64,000 nt of DNA, taken from the NCBI GenBank assembly GCA_964016885.1, contig OZ024746.1, positions 85,932,001-85,996,000 of the forward strand, given 5' to 3'. Position 1 is the first letter of the stretch, and the number at the start of each line of letters is the position of its first letter. The stretch comes from Eledone cirrhosa (Eukaryota). A model generated the notes under the pieces. It was not told the DNA's origin, searched no databases, and was given only the letters and a program-made list of their open reading frames with translations. Positions 15,591 through 29,530 of this stretch are shown piece after piece. Made by a program: the position numbers and the translations under genes.

Positions 15591-15938
15591 TTCAAATCCC
15601 GCCGAGGTTAACTTTGCCTTTCATCCTTACGGGGTCGATAAAATAAAGTACCAGTAATGTACTGGGGTCGATTTAATCGACTTTTCCCTTCCCTTCAAAT
15701 TACCGGCCTTGTGCCTATAGTAGAAATCATTATTATTAGAGCGTCAGACACCATGCTTGTAGCATAGAGTTATGGCCCTTTACGGTCTGAGTTCAAATCC
15801 CTCCGCGGTTAACTTTGCCTTTCATCCTTACGGGATCGATAAAATAAAACACCAGTAATGCACTGGGGTCGATTTAATCGACTTTCCCCCTCTCCCCCAA
15901 ATTGCTGGCCTTGTGCCTATAGTAGAAATGCTATTATT
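15589..15938 (+). mobile_element. Two tandem tRNA-derived SINE copies
   Basis: Family core repeated twice, abutting the 5' break of the Penelope fragment. Confidence 0.85.
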
Positions 15939-16024
15939 AACCAGTTCGTTGTATTGGAATGATTAAAACGGATAAAAGAATATCAGAATGAAGGAATAGA
16001 GGAATAAGGATGTTGTATACTAAC

Positions 16025-16125
16025 CAGTAGGGTACTGGGACAAACTACAGTCCAACAGAATTTCCAGTAGTAGGTGGGCTGATGACCAATCATCTTCTCT
16101 ATGTCGTTTGAGAACCGCTTCACTC
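16025..16125 (-). CDS. SLC6A4: SLC6 transporter exon (TM11)
   Basis: CTGCAG|GA acceptor, |GTTAGT donor, 101 bp. (G)VKRFSNDIEKMIGHQPTYYWKFCWTVVCPSTLL. Confidence 0.92.
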
Positions 16126-16149
16126 CTGCAGTAACAGTAATAATGGTTA

Positions 16150-19100
16150 GTATGGTGATGGTGGTGGTGGTGGTAGTAGTAGTGGTTGTGGTGGTGATGG
16201 TGGTGGTGGTGGTTGTAATAGTGGTTGTGGAGGTAGTGAGGATGGTGGTAGTAGGGACGGTGGTGGTTGTAATAGTGGTTGTGGTGGTGGTGGTGATGGT
16301 GGTGGTGGTGGTAGTAGGGACGGTGGTGGTTGTAATAGTGGTTGTGGTGGTGATGGTGGTGGTGGTGGTAGTAGGGACGGTGGTGGTTGTAATAGTGGTT
16401 GTGGTGGTGGTGGTGATGGTGGTGGTGGTGGTAGTAGGGACGGTGGTGGTTATAATAGTGGTTGTGGTGGTGGTGGTGATGGTGGTGGTAGTAGGGACGG
16501 TGGTGGTTGTAATAGTGGTGGTGGTGGTGGTGGTGATGGTGGTGGTGGTGGTTGTAGGGACGGTGGTGGTTGTAATAGTGGTTGTGGTGGTGGTGGTGAT
16601 GGTGGTGGTGGTGGTTGTAGGGACAGTGGTGGTTGTAATAGTGGTTGTGGTGGTGATGGTGGTGGTGGTGGTAGTAGGGACGGTGGTGGTTGTAATAGTG
16701 GTTGTGGTGGTGGTGGTGATGGTGGTGGGGGTGGTTGTAGGGACGGTGGTGGTTGTAATAGTGGTTGTGGTGGTGGTGGTGATGGTGGTGGTGGTGGTAG
16801 TAGGGACGGTGGTGGTTGTAATAGTGGTTGTGGTGCTGGTGGTGATGGTGGTGGTGGTGGTTGTAGGGACGGTGGTGGTTGTAATAGTGGTTGTGGTGGT
16901 GGTGGTGATGGTGGTGGTGGTGGTTGTAGGGACGGTGGTGGTTGTAATAGTGGTTGTGGTGGTGGTGGTGATGGTGGTGGTGGTGGTTGTAGGGACGGTG
17001 GTGGTTGTAATAGTGGTTGTGGTGGTGGTGGTGATGGTGGTGGTGGTGGTAGTAGGGACGGTGGTGGTTGTAATAGTGGTTGTGGTGGTGGTGGTGATGG
17101 TGGTGGTGGTGGTTGTAGGGACGGTGGTGGTTGTAATAGTGGTTGTGGTGGTGGTGGTGATGGTGGTGGTGGTGGTAGTAGGGACGGTGGTGGTTGTAAT
17201 AGTGGTTGTGGTGGTGGTGGTGATGGTGGTGGTGGTGGTTGTAGGGACGGTGGTGGTTGTAATAGTGGTTGTGGTGGTGGTGGTGATGGTGGTGGTGGTG
17301 GTAGTAGGGACGGTGGTGGTTGTAATAGTGGTTGTGGTGGTGGTGGTGATGGTGGTGGTGGTGGTAGTAGGGACGGTGGTGGTTGTAATAGTGGTTGTGG
17401 TGGTGATGGTGGTGGTGGTGGTAGTAGGGACGGTGGTGGTTGTAATAGTGGTTGTGGTGGTGGTGGTGGTGGTGGTAGTAGTAGGGACGGTGGTGGTTGT
17501 AATAGTGGTTGTGGTGGTGGTGATGGTGGTGGTGGTAGTAGGGACGGTGGTGGTTGTAATAGTGGTTGTGGTGGTGGTGGTGGTGGTGGTAGTAGTAGGG
17601 ACGGTGGTGGTTGTAATAGTGGTTGTGGTGGTGATGGTGGTGGTGGTGGTAGTAGGGACGGTGGTGGTTGTAATAGTGGTTGTGGTGGTGGTGGTGGTGG
17701 TGGTAGTAGTAGGGACGGTGGTGGTTGTAATAGTGGTTGTGGTGGTGGTGATGGTGGTGGTGGTGGTTGTAATAGTGGTTGTAGTGGTGGTGGTGGTGGT
17801 GGTAGTAGTAGGGACGGTGGTGGTTGTAATAGTGGTTGTGGTGGTGGTGGTGGTGGTGGTAGTAGTAGGGACGGTGGTGGTTGTAATAGTGGTTGTGGTG
17901 GTGGTGATGGTGGTGGTGGTGGTAGTAGGGACGGTGGTGGTTGTAATAGTGGTTGTGGTGGTGATGGTGGTGGTGGTGGTTGTAATAGTGGTTGTAGTGG
18001 TGGTGAGGATGGTGGTAGTAGGGACGGTGGTGGTTGTAATAGTGGTTGTGGTGGTGGTGGTGATGGTGGTGGTGGTGGTAGTAGGGACGGTGGTGGTTGT
18101 AATAGTGGTTGTGGTGGTGGTGGTGGTGGTGGTAGTAGTAGGGACGGTGGTGGTTGTAATAGTGGTTGTGGTGGTGGTGATGGTGGTGGTGGTGGTAGTA
18201 GGGACGGTGGTGGTTGTAATAGTGGTTGTGGTGGTGGTGGTGATGGTGGTGGTGGTGGTAGTAGGGACGGTGGTGGTTGTAATAGTGGTGGTGGTGGTGG
18301 TGGTGATGGTGGTGGTGGTGGTTGTAGGGACGGTGGTGGTTGTAATAGTGGTTGTGGTGGTGGTGGTGATGGTGGTGGTAGTAGGGACGGTGGTGGTTGT
18401 AATAGTGGTTGTGGTGGTGGTGATGGTGGTGGTGGTGGTAGTAGGGACGGTGGTGGTTGTAATAGTGGTTGTGGTGGTGGTGGTGATGGTGGTGGTGGTG
18501 GTAGTAGGGACGGTGGTGGTTGTAATAGTGGTTGTGGTGGTGGTGGTGATGGTGATGGTGGTGGTTGTAGGGACGGTGGTGGTTGTAATAGTGGTTGTGG
18601 TGGTGGTGGTGATGGTGGTGGTGGTGGTAGTAGGGACGGTGGTGGTTGTAATAGTGGTTGTGGTGGTGGTGGTGATGGTGATGGTGGTGGTAGTAGGGAC
18701 GGTGGTGGTTGTAATAGTGGTTGTGGTGGTGGTGGTGATGGTGGTGGTAGTAGGGACGGTGGTGGTTGTAATAGTGGTTGTGGTGGTGGTGGTGATGGTG
18801 GTGGGGGTGGTTGTAGGGACGGTGGTGGTTGTAATAGTGGTTGTGGTGGTGGTGGTGATGGTGATGGTGGTGGTTGTAGGGACGGTGGTGGTTGTAATAG
18901 TGGTTGTGGTGGTGGTGGTGATGGTGGTGGTGGTGGTTGTAGGGACGGTGGTGGTTGTAATAGTGGTTGTGGTGGTGGTGGTGATGGTGGTGGTGGTGGT
19001 AGTAGGGACGGTGGTGGTTGTAATAGTGGTTGTGGTGATGGTGGTGGTTGTAGGGACGGTGGTGGTTGTAATAGTGGTTGTGGTGGTGGTGGTGATGGTG

Positions 19101-20611
19101 GTGGTGGTGGTAGTAGGGACGGTGGTGGTTGTAATAGTGGTTGTGGTGGTGGTGGTGATGGTGGTGGTGGTGGTTGTAGGGACGGTGGTGGTTGTAATAG
19201 TGGTTGTGGTGGTGGTGGTGATGGTGGTGGTTGTAGGGACGGTGGTGGTTGTAATAGTGGTTGTGGTGGTGGTGGTGATGGTGGTGGTGGTGGTAGTAGG
19301 GACGGTGGTGGTTGTAATAGTGGTTGTGGTGGTGGTGGTGATGGTGGTGGTTGTAGGGACGGTGGTGGTTGTAATAGTGGTTGTGGTGGTGGTGGTGATG
19401 GTGGTGGTGGTGGTAGTAGGGACGGTGGTGGTTGTAATAGTGGTTGTGGTGGTGGTGGTGATGGTGGTGGTGGTGGTTGTAGGGACGGTGGTGGTTGTAA
19501 TAGTGGTTGTGGTGGTGGTTGGTGATGGTGGTGGTGGTGGTAGTAGGACGGTGTGGTTGTAATAGGTAGTGTGATGTGGTGGTGGTGGTAGTAGGACGGA
19601 GGTGGTTGTAATAGTGTGTGATGAGTGGTGAGTGAGATGTAGGTGGTGGTGGTCTGTAGGGACGGTGTGTGGTTGTAATAGTGGTTGTGGTGGTGGTGGT
19701 GAATGGTGATGGTGGGGGTTGTAGGGACGGTGGTGGTTGTAATAGTGGTTGTGGTGGTGGTGGTGATGGTGGTGGTGGTGGTAGTAGGGACGGTGGTGGT
19801 TGTAATAGTGGTTGTGGTGGTGGTGGTGATGGTGGTGGTAGTAGGGACGGTGGTGGTTGTAATAGTGGTTGTGGTGGTGGTGGTGATGGTGGTGGGGGTG
19901 GTAATAGTGGTTGTGGTGGTTGTAATAGTGGTTGTTGTGGTGGTGGTGGTAGTAGTAGGGACGGTGGTGGTTGTAATAGTGGTTGTGGTGGTGGTGGTGA
20001 TGGTGGTGGTGGTGGTAGTAGGGATGGTGGTGGTTGTAATAGTGGTTGTGGTAGTGGTGGAGATGGTGGTGGTGGTGGTAGTAGGGACGGTGGTGGTTGT
20101 AATAGTGGTTGTGGGGGTTGTCGTGGTGGTGGTGATGGTGGTGGTGGTGGTAATAGTGGTTGTGGTGGTGGTGGTGATGGTGGTGGTTGTAGTAGAGACG
20201 GTGGTGGTTGTGGTGGTGGTGGGGATGGTGGTGGTGGTAGTAGAGACGGTGGTGGTTGTGGTGGTGGTGGGGATGGTGGTGGTGGTAGTGGGGATGGTAG
20301 TGGTAATAGTGGTTGTGGTCGTGGTGGGGATGGTGGTGGTGGTGGTAGTAGAGACGGTGGCGGTTGTGGTTGTGGTGGGGATGGTGGTGGTGGTAGTAGA
20401 GACGGTGGTGGTTGTGGTGGTGGTGGGGATGGTGGTGGTGGTAGTGGGGATGGTAGTGGTAATAGTGGTTGTGGTGGTAGTGGTGGTGATGGTGGTAGTG
20501 GTGGTGAAGTTAGTGGAAATGTTGAAGGCACAAATGATGAGGATATTGGTAGTGGTGATGATGATGATGATGATGATGTGATATTAGTGATTGCGGTGAT
20601 GATTATAGTGG

Positions 20612-20645
<34 letters not shown>

Positions 20646-20847
20646 GGTGGTGGTGGTGATAATGCTAATGATGATGGTTAATGATGATAATGACAATGTG
20701 GGCGATGTTGATGGTGATGATGATGGCGACGACGATGGCCATGATAGTAATGATAATTGTGATGTGATTGCAATGATTTTTATCGATGATGATGATGGTG
20801 GTGGTGGTGGTGATGATGATGATGATGGTGGTGATGATGATGGTGAC

Positions 20848-20881
<34 letters not shown>

Positions 20882-21025
20882 GTGGTGATGATGATGGTGA
20901 CGATGATGATGATGATGATGCTGATGATGATGATGATGATGGTGATGGTGATGATGATGATGGTGATATTGATGACGATGATGACGATGATGATGACGAT
21001 GATGATGATGATGAGGAGGATGAGA
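16150..21025. repeat. (GGT)n-derived minisatellite (~50-60-bp unit) grading into (GAT)n
   Basis: Invariant AGGGACGGTGGTGGTTGTAATAGTGG core plus variable GGT runs. Confidence 0.95.
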
Positions 21026-21071
21026 GGGCAGTGGTTATATAAGGGATCCTATATATAAATATGTTACTCAC

Positions 21072-21171
21072 CATAACAATACTGAATAGCAATAATTTCA
21101 GCAAGGCAGATGAACAGCAATGAGTAAGATCCAGCATGGCTGTCTAGTAGTGTTACCACGTATTGTCCACC
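21072..21171 (-). CDS. SLC6A4: SLC6 transporter exon (TM10)
   Basis: TTAATCAG| acceptor, G|GTGAGT donor, 100 bp. [33 protein letters not shown](G). Confidence 0.92.
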
Positions 21172-21211
21172 CTGATTAAAGAGATATTATATATATATAT
21201 ATATATATACA

Positions 21212-21368
<157 letters not shown>

Positions 21369-21601
21369 ACACACACACATATATATATATGTATATACAT
21401 ATATATAGTTCGGATCTAGCTGTCGAAACGGCCAGAGCTCAGCCGTCGGGGTCCTGACTCTTTTTTTGTATATATATATATATAGTAGAAGGGATATATA
21501 GTAGAAGGGATATTTAATTTGTTGGAAATCCAACAAATATAAATGTTTATAACTGATTCAGAGCACTCGGCAGAATTTTCTGGAGTAAATATTCAACTTT
21601 G

Positions 21602-21664
21602 TATTTTATCTGATGAAAGCGTACCAAAGTTTTTTGGTACCCTTGAAATATATATAATAGAATA
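21602..21664 (+). ncRNA. Type I hammerhead ribozyme in the 5' pLTR
   Basis: TATTTTAT CTGATGA aagcgtaccaaag ttt tttggtaccctt GAAAT ATAT ATA|ATAGAATA. Confidence 0.85.
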
Positions 21665-21854
21665 AATATGGTTTTATAAATATAGTTTCTATTTATGTAA
21701 TATCATTGAATATTTACTCCAGAAATCTGTCGAGTGCTCTGAATCAATTATAAACATTTATATTTGTTGGATTTCCAACAAATTAAATATCCATTCTACT
21801 TATAAATAGCTCCTTTAATGTTGAGCACTTTAAATTATAACTGATTGATAAATA

Positions 21855-24051
21855 ATGGAATTCTTTAGGATTTCTTTCTCTCTAAAAGATGTACCTTTAC
21901 CTAAGAATAAGGAATATCTAAAACAACTCATTGAGAAATCTGACTCCTTTATATGAAGACTTAGATGGCGTGCCTTCCATTTCGATAGAAAATCAGATGA
22001 AAAAACAAATAAATCCAGTTACAACTTCGATCTTATCTTCAAATCTAAGAAGAATCCACCTAGCAACAAACTATTAATGGAATTTGAAAATGAAGTAATA
22101 TCGATTATACAAAACATCAAATTCAAGAAAAACCAATTTGTAGGCCAGAAATACCTTAAAGGCCTCAAGAATAATATAGACAATCTTGAAAAAAACTGAG
22201 AAGATCCTCGTAAAATCTGATAAAACTAACAATCTATACAGAATGCAAAAGGACGAATATAATAACCTTATATTGAAGGAACTCAGAAAAAACTACAAAA
22301 TAACAACCAATGAAGATCTTGTAACGTTAAATAGAGAAGCTTCCGAAATAATTCATAAATTAGGCATCCAAAATAGGACTGAACCCTTTATACCTAGAAA
22401 ACCGAAAATTAACCTGAAAGACCACAAAAGATACTTTGAAATAGAACTACCAGTCAGACTTATAGCACCATCTAAATCAGACTTAGGCATAATTAGTAAA
22501 CATATATTAGATAGAATCATACCGCAACTTAAAGAAATATCACACCTAAAACTATGGAACGGTACTAATGAGGTTATAGATTGGTTCAATAACATACAAT
22601 TTAAACATAACAAAAAATTCATTCAAATGGATATAGCAAATTACTACTCCTCCATTACTCCTAGTTTACTTAATATGGCTCTCATCTATGCATCTAAACA
22701 TACAGATTTATCTAGTGAAAAAATACATATCATTTTAACTACACGGAAAACTTTAATTGAATTCAACAATCATCTCTGGACAAGAGCCGATAGAAAAAAT
22801 AATTTTGATATCACCATGGGATCATCTGACTCGGCGCAAATAACGGATCTTGTGGGCTTATTTATTAATAATACACTGCATAGAAAAATTCCAGAGATGA
22901 CCGGGGGTTTATATCGTGATGATATGCTGCTTTTAATTGAAAATCATAGTAATTGTGAAATGAATAGGAAAAGAAAATCTATAATACAATTCTTCAATAA
23001 TTATAACCTTAAGTTAGAAATAGAGAATAACTATAACATCGTTAACTTTTTAGACGTAACATTAAACCTTAGCACAGGGCTCTACTATCCATTCCATAAA
23101 ATTAATGAGAATCTAAATTACGTAAGTTTTAACTCTAATCATCCTAGATCTATTAAGAACACTATTGTCAATAGTGTCCAACAACGAATCTCACGCATCT
23201 CTGCTAATAAAAATATTTTTGATTATAAGCTTTAAATAGGGCAGGGTATATGAATAAAATTAAATACATTGACAACAATAAGGCAAGTCAACCCACTATT
23301 AATTGTAATAATAATAAACAATTTAACTTAAACTCTAAAACAAACAAAAGAACTAGAAATATTATTTGGTATTCACCCCCATTCTCATTAAGCTATTCTT
23401 TAAAGCACTAGACAAATGTTTTCCTAAAACCCACAAATACCACTCAATCTTTAACAGACATACTATAAAACTATCCTACTCTACTACTATGAACATAGCT
23501 CAAAATATAAATATAATTAATAATAGAAACTTAAATTTAAACCCTAACCAAAATAACCACGATAGCAATAATAATATTTCTAGCAATATCCAATCTAATA
23601 AGTACCGTTCCGAGCAACAACTAACTCCGTAAAATGTAACTGTAGAATCAAATCAAACTGCCCTTTACAAAATAAGTGTTTAGATAAAAACGTAGTCTAT
23701 AAATACATAGTTAAAACTAGTGAAATTATATTTAACTATGTCGGTGGCACTTCTACAGAATTTAAAATTCGCTGGAATAACCACAATCACTCTTTTAAAA
23801 AACCTTCTACTTCCCTTTCACACCTTATATGGAACTTAAAAAACAAGAATATAGACTATTCAATATATTGGAAAACGATTTCGAAAGCACCTGCATACTG
23901 AAACACGACTTTATCAAGATTCTGTAAATTGTGTATTGAAGAAATTTTTTATATAATTAACTGTCAAAACTCTATTAATCTCAGAACAGAATTATTTAGT
24001 TCTTGTAGACATCGCCAGAATTCGACATTCAGAACTATATATAACTTATAA
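21855..24051 (+). pseudogene. Disrupted Penelope-like RT-GIY-YIG polyprotein
   Basis: N-terminus MEFFRISFSLKDVPLP...RLRWRAF; RT motifs FIQMDIANYYSSI, FDITMGS, GLYRDD, FLDVTLNL; then CNCR-x4-CPL-x3-C, VVY...YVG, FKIRW-x2-H, CKLC and CRH. In-frame TGA at 21954 and 23899, frameshifts near 22190, 23230-23370 and 23610. Confidence 0.9.
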
Positions 24052-25123
24052 TTATACGTATAATATTCCTATTAATCTCCAAAACAATCCTATCTGCTTT
24101 AACAATTTATTTTTATTTTTAATATATTGATATCTCTAAATCATAATAATTCTATTTGTAGTACTTCCACTTTTTAAAAATTTCTTATAACATATACGTA
24201 TATAATTCAAATTTTTAAATTTTAACTTTAATTTTCATTTTTTCATTTTTTCATTTTTTCATTTTTAAACATTTAAAAATAATTTTTAAACTTTTAAATT
24301 TTTAATCTTAATTTTTAAATTTTTAAATTTTTTAAAATTTTCTTAATTTTTTATTAAGTACAATGACACCCTCTAAAGCTATTCTTTAAACGTAGATTAA
24401 TAACTATTACCTGATTCTAGCAAAATGTATCCTAAACATCCATATTTCTTTCGACTAAATAATTAAGTGATCTCACACTAACGATTAACAAATACAATCG
24501 GAGTTATCTTTCCTTTTCAATCATATAAATATTATACTTAACTCCGTTAATTTAATTTTAAAACATTCTCAATTTTAATTACATATTTATTTACATAAAA
24601 TACAAAATCAAATCCCTCGTAACTCCCACCTAAAACATGAACTATCTATTTATTTATTTATCTACTTAAAACACAAAATCAACTCGCTTGTAACTCATAT
24701 TATAAACAACTAATAATTGTAAATTAATTATCCTTTTAATAATAATAATAATAATAAAAATACATATGCTATTAAAATATATATAGATATATATATTTAA
24801 CCCACTACAATATAATAAGATAAATACTTACAAAAATAGTTCTCCATATAAATATATACATAGATAAATGTTCGAATATATTTCCCCCAAATTAACGTTA
24901 TATGTGGTCTTCCTTTATCTTTCTTTTTCTTTTTTCCTTCTTCTTTCTCTCTTATTATTATATATCTAAACTTTTCATAGTGTTTAAAATAACGGTTTTT
25001 CAATTATTTACATATTCCTCCATAAGTTTGAAAATCCGTTCTATATTCTCACTACCCAGGGAATATTCAACTGATAAGGTATGATTTTCCTTGGCTATGT
25101 CAAAATTTATAAAAGACACTTTG

Positions 25124-25186
25124 TATTTTATCTGATGAAAGCGTACCAAAGTTTTTTGGTACCCTTGAAATATATATAATAGAATA
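25124..25186 (+). ncRNA. Type I hammerhead ribozyme in the 3' pLTR
   Basis: Identical motif to 21602-21664. Confidence 0.85.
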
Positions 25187-25225
25187 AATATGGTTTTATA
25201 AATATAGTTTCCATTTATGTAATAT

Positions 25226-25342
<117 letters not shown>

Positions 25343-25388
25343 TATAGATATATATATTATATACACACACAGACACATGCACACACAC

Positions 25389-25429
<41 letters not shown>

Positions 25430-25506
25430 ATAAACACCATGTACTAGATGACCAACGTCATCCTTTTATTCTGAGCAGTTCTATTGGGTAACAGTGACGA
25501 GAAACC

Positions 25507-25551
25507 ACAATTTCGATAAAGAGGAAAGACTCCGAAACAATTGTCGATTGT
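25507..25551 (+). ncRNA. Decayed hammerhead motif
   Basis: acaatt TCGATAA agaggaaagactcc GAAAC AATT GTC|gattgt. Confidence 0.5.
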
Positions 25552-25612
25552 TTTCTCTCACCTACCGGAAGAACAACAATAACAACAACAAATATAATTA
25601 GATATCACTTAC

Positions 25613-25741
25613 GTATGTAGTGGTCGGCAATGCTATTAAGAACAAGGATGATATGAGGATAGCCACAAATACTTCTCTGTGTCGCCGTATCAGTGGTATT
25701 TCATCTGAAAATCCTGTGATCAAACTTTCCATACCTCCAAA
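25613..25741 (-). CDS. SLC6A4: SLC6 transporter exon (end of TM8, TM9)
   Basis: ATGATAG| acceptor, |GTAAGT donor, 129 bp. FGGMESLITGFSDEIPLIRRHREVFVAILISSLFLIALPTTTY. Confidence 0.93.
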
Positions 25742-25835
25742 CTATCATGAAATAGAGATAGACAGACGGGTAAGTGAGCGATATATATATATAGGTAGAC
25801 ATTACAAAACAATACAATAGGAGGGAACATAATAA

Positions 25836-25879
25836 TACCACTGATGATGTTGCAGATGAGCAACGAAAGAACTTTGATA
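25836..25879 (+). ncRNA. Type I hammerhead motif
   Basis: tacca CTGATGA t gttgc agatga gcaac GAAAG AA CTT|tgata. Confidence 0.65.
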
Positions 25880-26107
25880 GACTATATATATGTAGGATAA
25901 CAATAAATCGTTAAAGGCAATCCGATAAGAGTCTGTGAAAACAACTTATCATGGACAGTTTAAGCGTACGGTAATGTGTGACTCAACAAGATGTTTATGT
26001 TGGTGACGATTTTATGACTTCGCCTGTATTCCTATGTAAATATATCTTGGAGTAATAAAAAAGTTAAGAATAACATGGTTGACAGCACAAACAAGGGTAT
26101 TTATTTA

Positions 26108-26216
26108 CAGTCTTACAATTGTTTCCATGATAGAATTGTCTATAAATTGCTAAATACTGGAGACAGTATAACTCAATTTACAATACATTTAAGTTTAATC
26201 ATTTCATCAGAAACCA
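26108..26216 (-). ncRNA. Type I hammerhead motif with extended stem II
   Basis: tggttt CTGATGA aatgat...gtaaattgagttatactg tctc cagtatttagcaatttat...atcatg GAAAC AATT GTA|agactg. Confidence 0.72.
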
Positions 26217-26710
26217 TTAAGAAATATAAAATATATGCGTAACGGTAAACTTAAAAATTCAAATTACTACATCAATAATATTGTTAATGATAAATAAATA
26301 AAGGAAGGGAGACAGATGGAAATGAGAGAGAAAGAAAGAAAGTAGGAACGAAGATATAGTTAAATGTATAACCGGCAACGTTACGAAATCAACCTATCAC
26401 ATTAAAATAAATATAATATTAATAATAATAAAGATATATGTAGAGAAAGAGAGAAGGGGGGGGGATGTAGCATAGGCAAAGAGGAAGGATTAGTAAGGAT
26501 AGACTATATATATATATTTATATTTGTATTTTTAACCGTTGGTCAATCAATGATAAACATTGATTGTCAGATGAATTAACTGTGGAGATATAAAAGACAC
26601 AGAAGCGAAAACCAACCAAACAGTGAGTGTGTTCTGTTATTATTTCTGGCAATATTATTACAACAATATGACCCTCCCCAAGTATAATATAAGTATAAAA
26701 TAAAAAACAA

Positions 26711-26750
<40 letters not shown>

Positions 26751-26770
26751 TTGTTTTTTATTTTTCTCAT

Positions 26771-26822
26771 GACAGGCTGAAGAAATTGGGGCCCAGAACC
26801 CAACGAAACTTGAGTACCTGTT
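26771..26822 (+). ncRNA. Type I hammerhead motif (decayed relative at ~2243-2296)
   Basis: gacagg CTGAAGA aattgggg cccagaa cccaac GAAAC TTGA GTA|cctgtt. Confidence 0.72.
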
Positions 26823-26835
26823 TATGCCACTGTTG

Positions 26836-26928
<93 letters not shown>

Positions 26929-26939
26929 ATATCCACACC

Positions 26940-26970
<31 letters not shown>

Positions 26971-27232
26971 TATATAAGTTAATTTTAGGTTTAATCACTA
27001 CATATAAAATATATATCGATAATGTTTTTCGATAAAAAGCTCAATACACTTCTGTTCAGAGCATCTATAATATATATTTGTTTCTCAATTGATATATCGT
27101 TCACACACACACGCACTCACACACACACACACATACACACACACACACGCGCACACACGTATATATATAGCTGTCTGTGTGTGTGCATGCGGAAAGTCAA
27201 CAAGGAAAAAGAACACAAGAGGACAATACAGT

Positions 27233-27276
<44 letters not shown>

Positions 27277-27291
27277 GAATGGAATTTATTG

Positions 27292-27387
27292 GACATATTA
27301 CAATCGTTTCTCTGGCGACCAGCTCGAGGCACGACCGATGTGATGATCGAACCTGACTCTGAAAATCGCAAGGTCCTCAGATACGTC
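27292..27387 (-). ncRNA. Type I hammerhead motif with extended stem II
   Basis: gacgtat CTGAGGA ccttgcga...tcgccaga GAAAC GATT GTA|atatgtc. Confidence 0.72.
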
Positions 27388-27620
27388 TTCATTCTACGAA
27401 GCAGATTTTCCTAATATATATATATATATATATCAAAGAGAGTGTGGTAAGATGCCAGGTGGACCATAACACATCTGAGTACTCAATACTTGGGGTAGTA
27501 GAGTGGGTAATAGGAAAAGAGTCAGGACCCGTTGGCTGAGCTCCGGCCGTTTCGACAGCTAAATCCGAACTGGATCTAGCTGTCGAACTGCATCTAGCCG
27601 TCGGGGTCTTGACTCTTTTC

Positions 27621-27889
<269 letters not shown>

Positions 27890-27986
27890 AATATATATGT
27901 ATATATATATATATACCTGATATACCTATAGGCTCTGATACCATCAACACTATACACACAGAGCTGGCATATCTAAGAACTGACTA

Positions 27987-28042
27987 ACTGCCTGATGAGG
28001 TCATAGCCATTCAATGGCTATCATCGAAATATATATAGCAGT
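27987..28042 (+). ncRNA. Canonical minimal type I hammerhead motif
   Basis: actgc CTGATGA ggtc atagccat tca atggctat catc GAAAT ATAT ATA|gcagt, on a ~175-bp island between (TA)n tracts. Confidence 0.82.
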
Positions 28043-28083
28043 AAATAAAGGATTATGAGTTCATGCAATTGACTTATGTTTCG

Positions 28084-28128
<45 letters not shown>

Positions 28129-28416
28129 TAGTTTAAAGCTTGATATAGTAGGAAAAGAGTCTTAACGTTTCGGACAAACACAAACACAAACACACACACA
28201 GACACGCACGCACAAACACACAAACACACACACACACACACACTACGCGCACGCACAAACACACACACACACACACCCATATATATACTCACACAAATTT
28301 ACGGACATATGTGTTTGTGTGTGTATGTATGTTTATATTAGTACAAGACTTACAAATCAGTACTACATCTGTTTCAAGGGCAATCGAACCTATCGTTCCG
28401 TTGAGGAAATTTTATC

Positions 28417-28455
<39 letters not shown>

Positions 28456-28479
28456 CAATAATATGGCTTCATATAAGAT

Positions 28480-28920
28480 TACAGTACTTCGGTGTGGGCC
28501 GCACATAAGACTTGTAGAGTGTTTTAGTTGTATGGGGTAGAAGTATTTTCTAACTCTGAAGATAAAGACCAGTCCTCGAGATACAATCTTTACTATACTG
28601 AGAATTTGCGTTCGCCATGAGAGCTCCTCATTGATAATGAAGCCTAGAATTTGAAGCGATAGCGACGGCTTAAGTTGCATACTGTTTATGATTAAGGAGG
28701 GTAAGTGATAATGGTTGCTTGATGTGTGGCTGTGATTGTGTATATTTGCTGTTGAAGGAGACAAAATTAACATGACCCCATCGGAGTTGTCTTCAAGGTC
28801 TTTGTTCACACACTCAGTGCAAAATGAACGTGATTTGGGCATGGAAGGTTTGGGAAGAACATCCAATTGGGTATGGAAGATTTGAGAAGAATGAAGAAAA
28901 AGCATCATATGCGTTGCCCC
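28480..28920 (-). mobile_element. Degenerate CR1/L2-type LINE RT C-terminal fragment
   Basis: LQILGFIINEELSWRTQI.SIVK..SR.L.FIFR.RKYF motif. Confidence 0.6.
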
Positions 28921-29530
28921 CCTCTCCCAAACAAAAAGTTAGATGAATTTAATTTGTCAACCGATGGTCTGATGTATAGCTGGGTAGTGGGTTATGTCAA
29001 GTAAAAAATGGAGACAGGGAGGAGAGGTAGGTTTGTTTGTGAAAAACAAAGTTTTTAGTGCAAGAAATTTTTTTTGGAAATGGTCATGGACAGAGATTAG
29101 AATGAAGATGAAGTGGTAGTGTGGGGGAGGGGTGTATTAGTTGTGCAGTTTGGTTGAGAATGAAGAATTTTAGGGTGGGTAAATATGTTTTAGTAACAAT
29201 GAAGGTTACAGAGTACAATAAAATAAAGTGAGAATGAAACAGTGGTGGCGGTGGTGTTTTTGTTGGCGAGACACATTTGTTGGTTTTTCAAGATGATTAA
29301 TTTAACAGTTTATGTATGGGAAGGTTTGTATGGTTTGCAGAAGGAGGTTATGAGTAGTACAACTGAAAATAATATGTAAGATTGTATGTAGGATGGGTCG
29401 AGAGGAGGGCAAGGTGGAGGAGGATGGTGTAGACCATAGTGCAGGGATCAATTCTCCCACTCCAGCGAAAGCCAGGGATTTCATGACGAGTGATTTAAAG
29501 ATCGATAGATATGCAATAACATTATTTAAT

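Noticed and set aside
19500-19720. Abruptly degenerate patch in the GGT minisatellite
   Set aside because: Scattered 1-bp indels resemble long-read consensus error rather than biology.
16020-21137. 1705-aa His/Pro-rich, 1153-aa Val-rich and 457-aa Gly/Asp-rich ORFs
   Set aside because: These are translations of the GGT/GAT minisatellite lying wholly inside an SLC6 intron; open frames follow from stop-poor triplet repeats.
21954-23901. In-frame TGA codons as selenocysteine (reported for some Naiad elements)
   Set aside because: Both fall at non-Cys positions. The second element has AYR where this one has AY*, indicating CGA>TGA decay. The ORF also has frameshifts and the Cys motifs use TGT/TGC.
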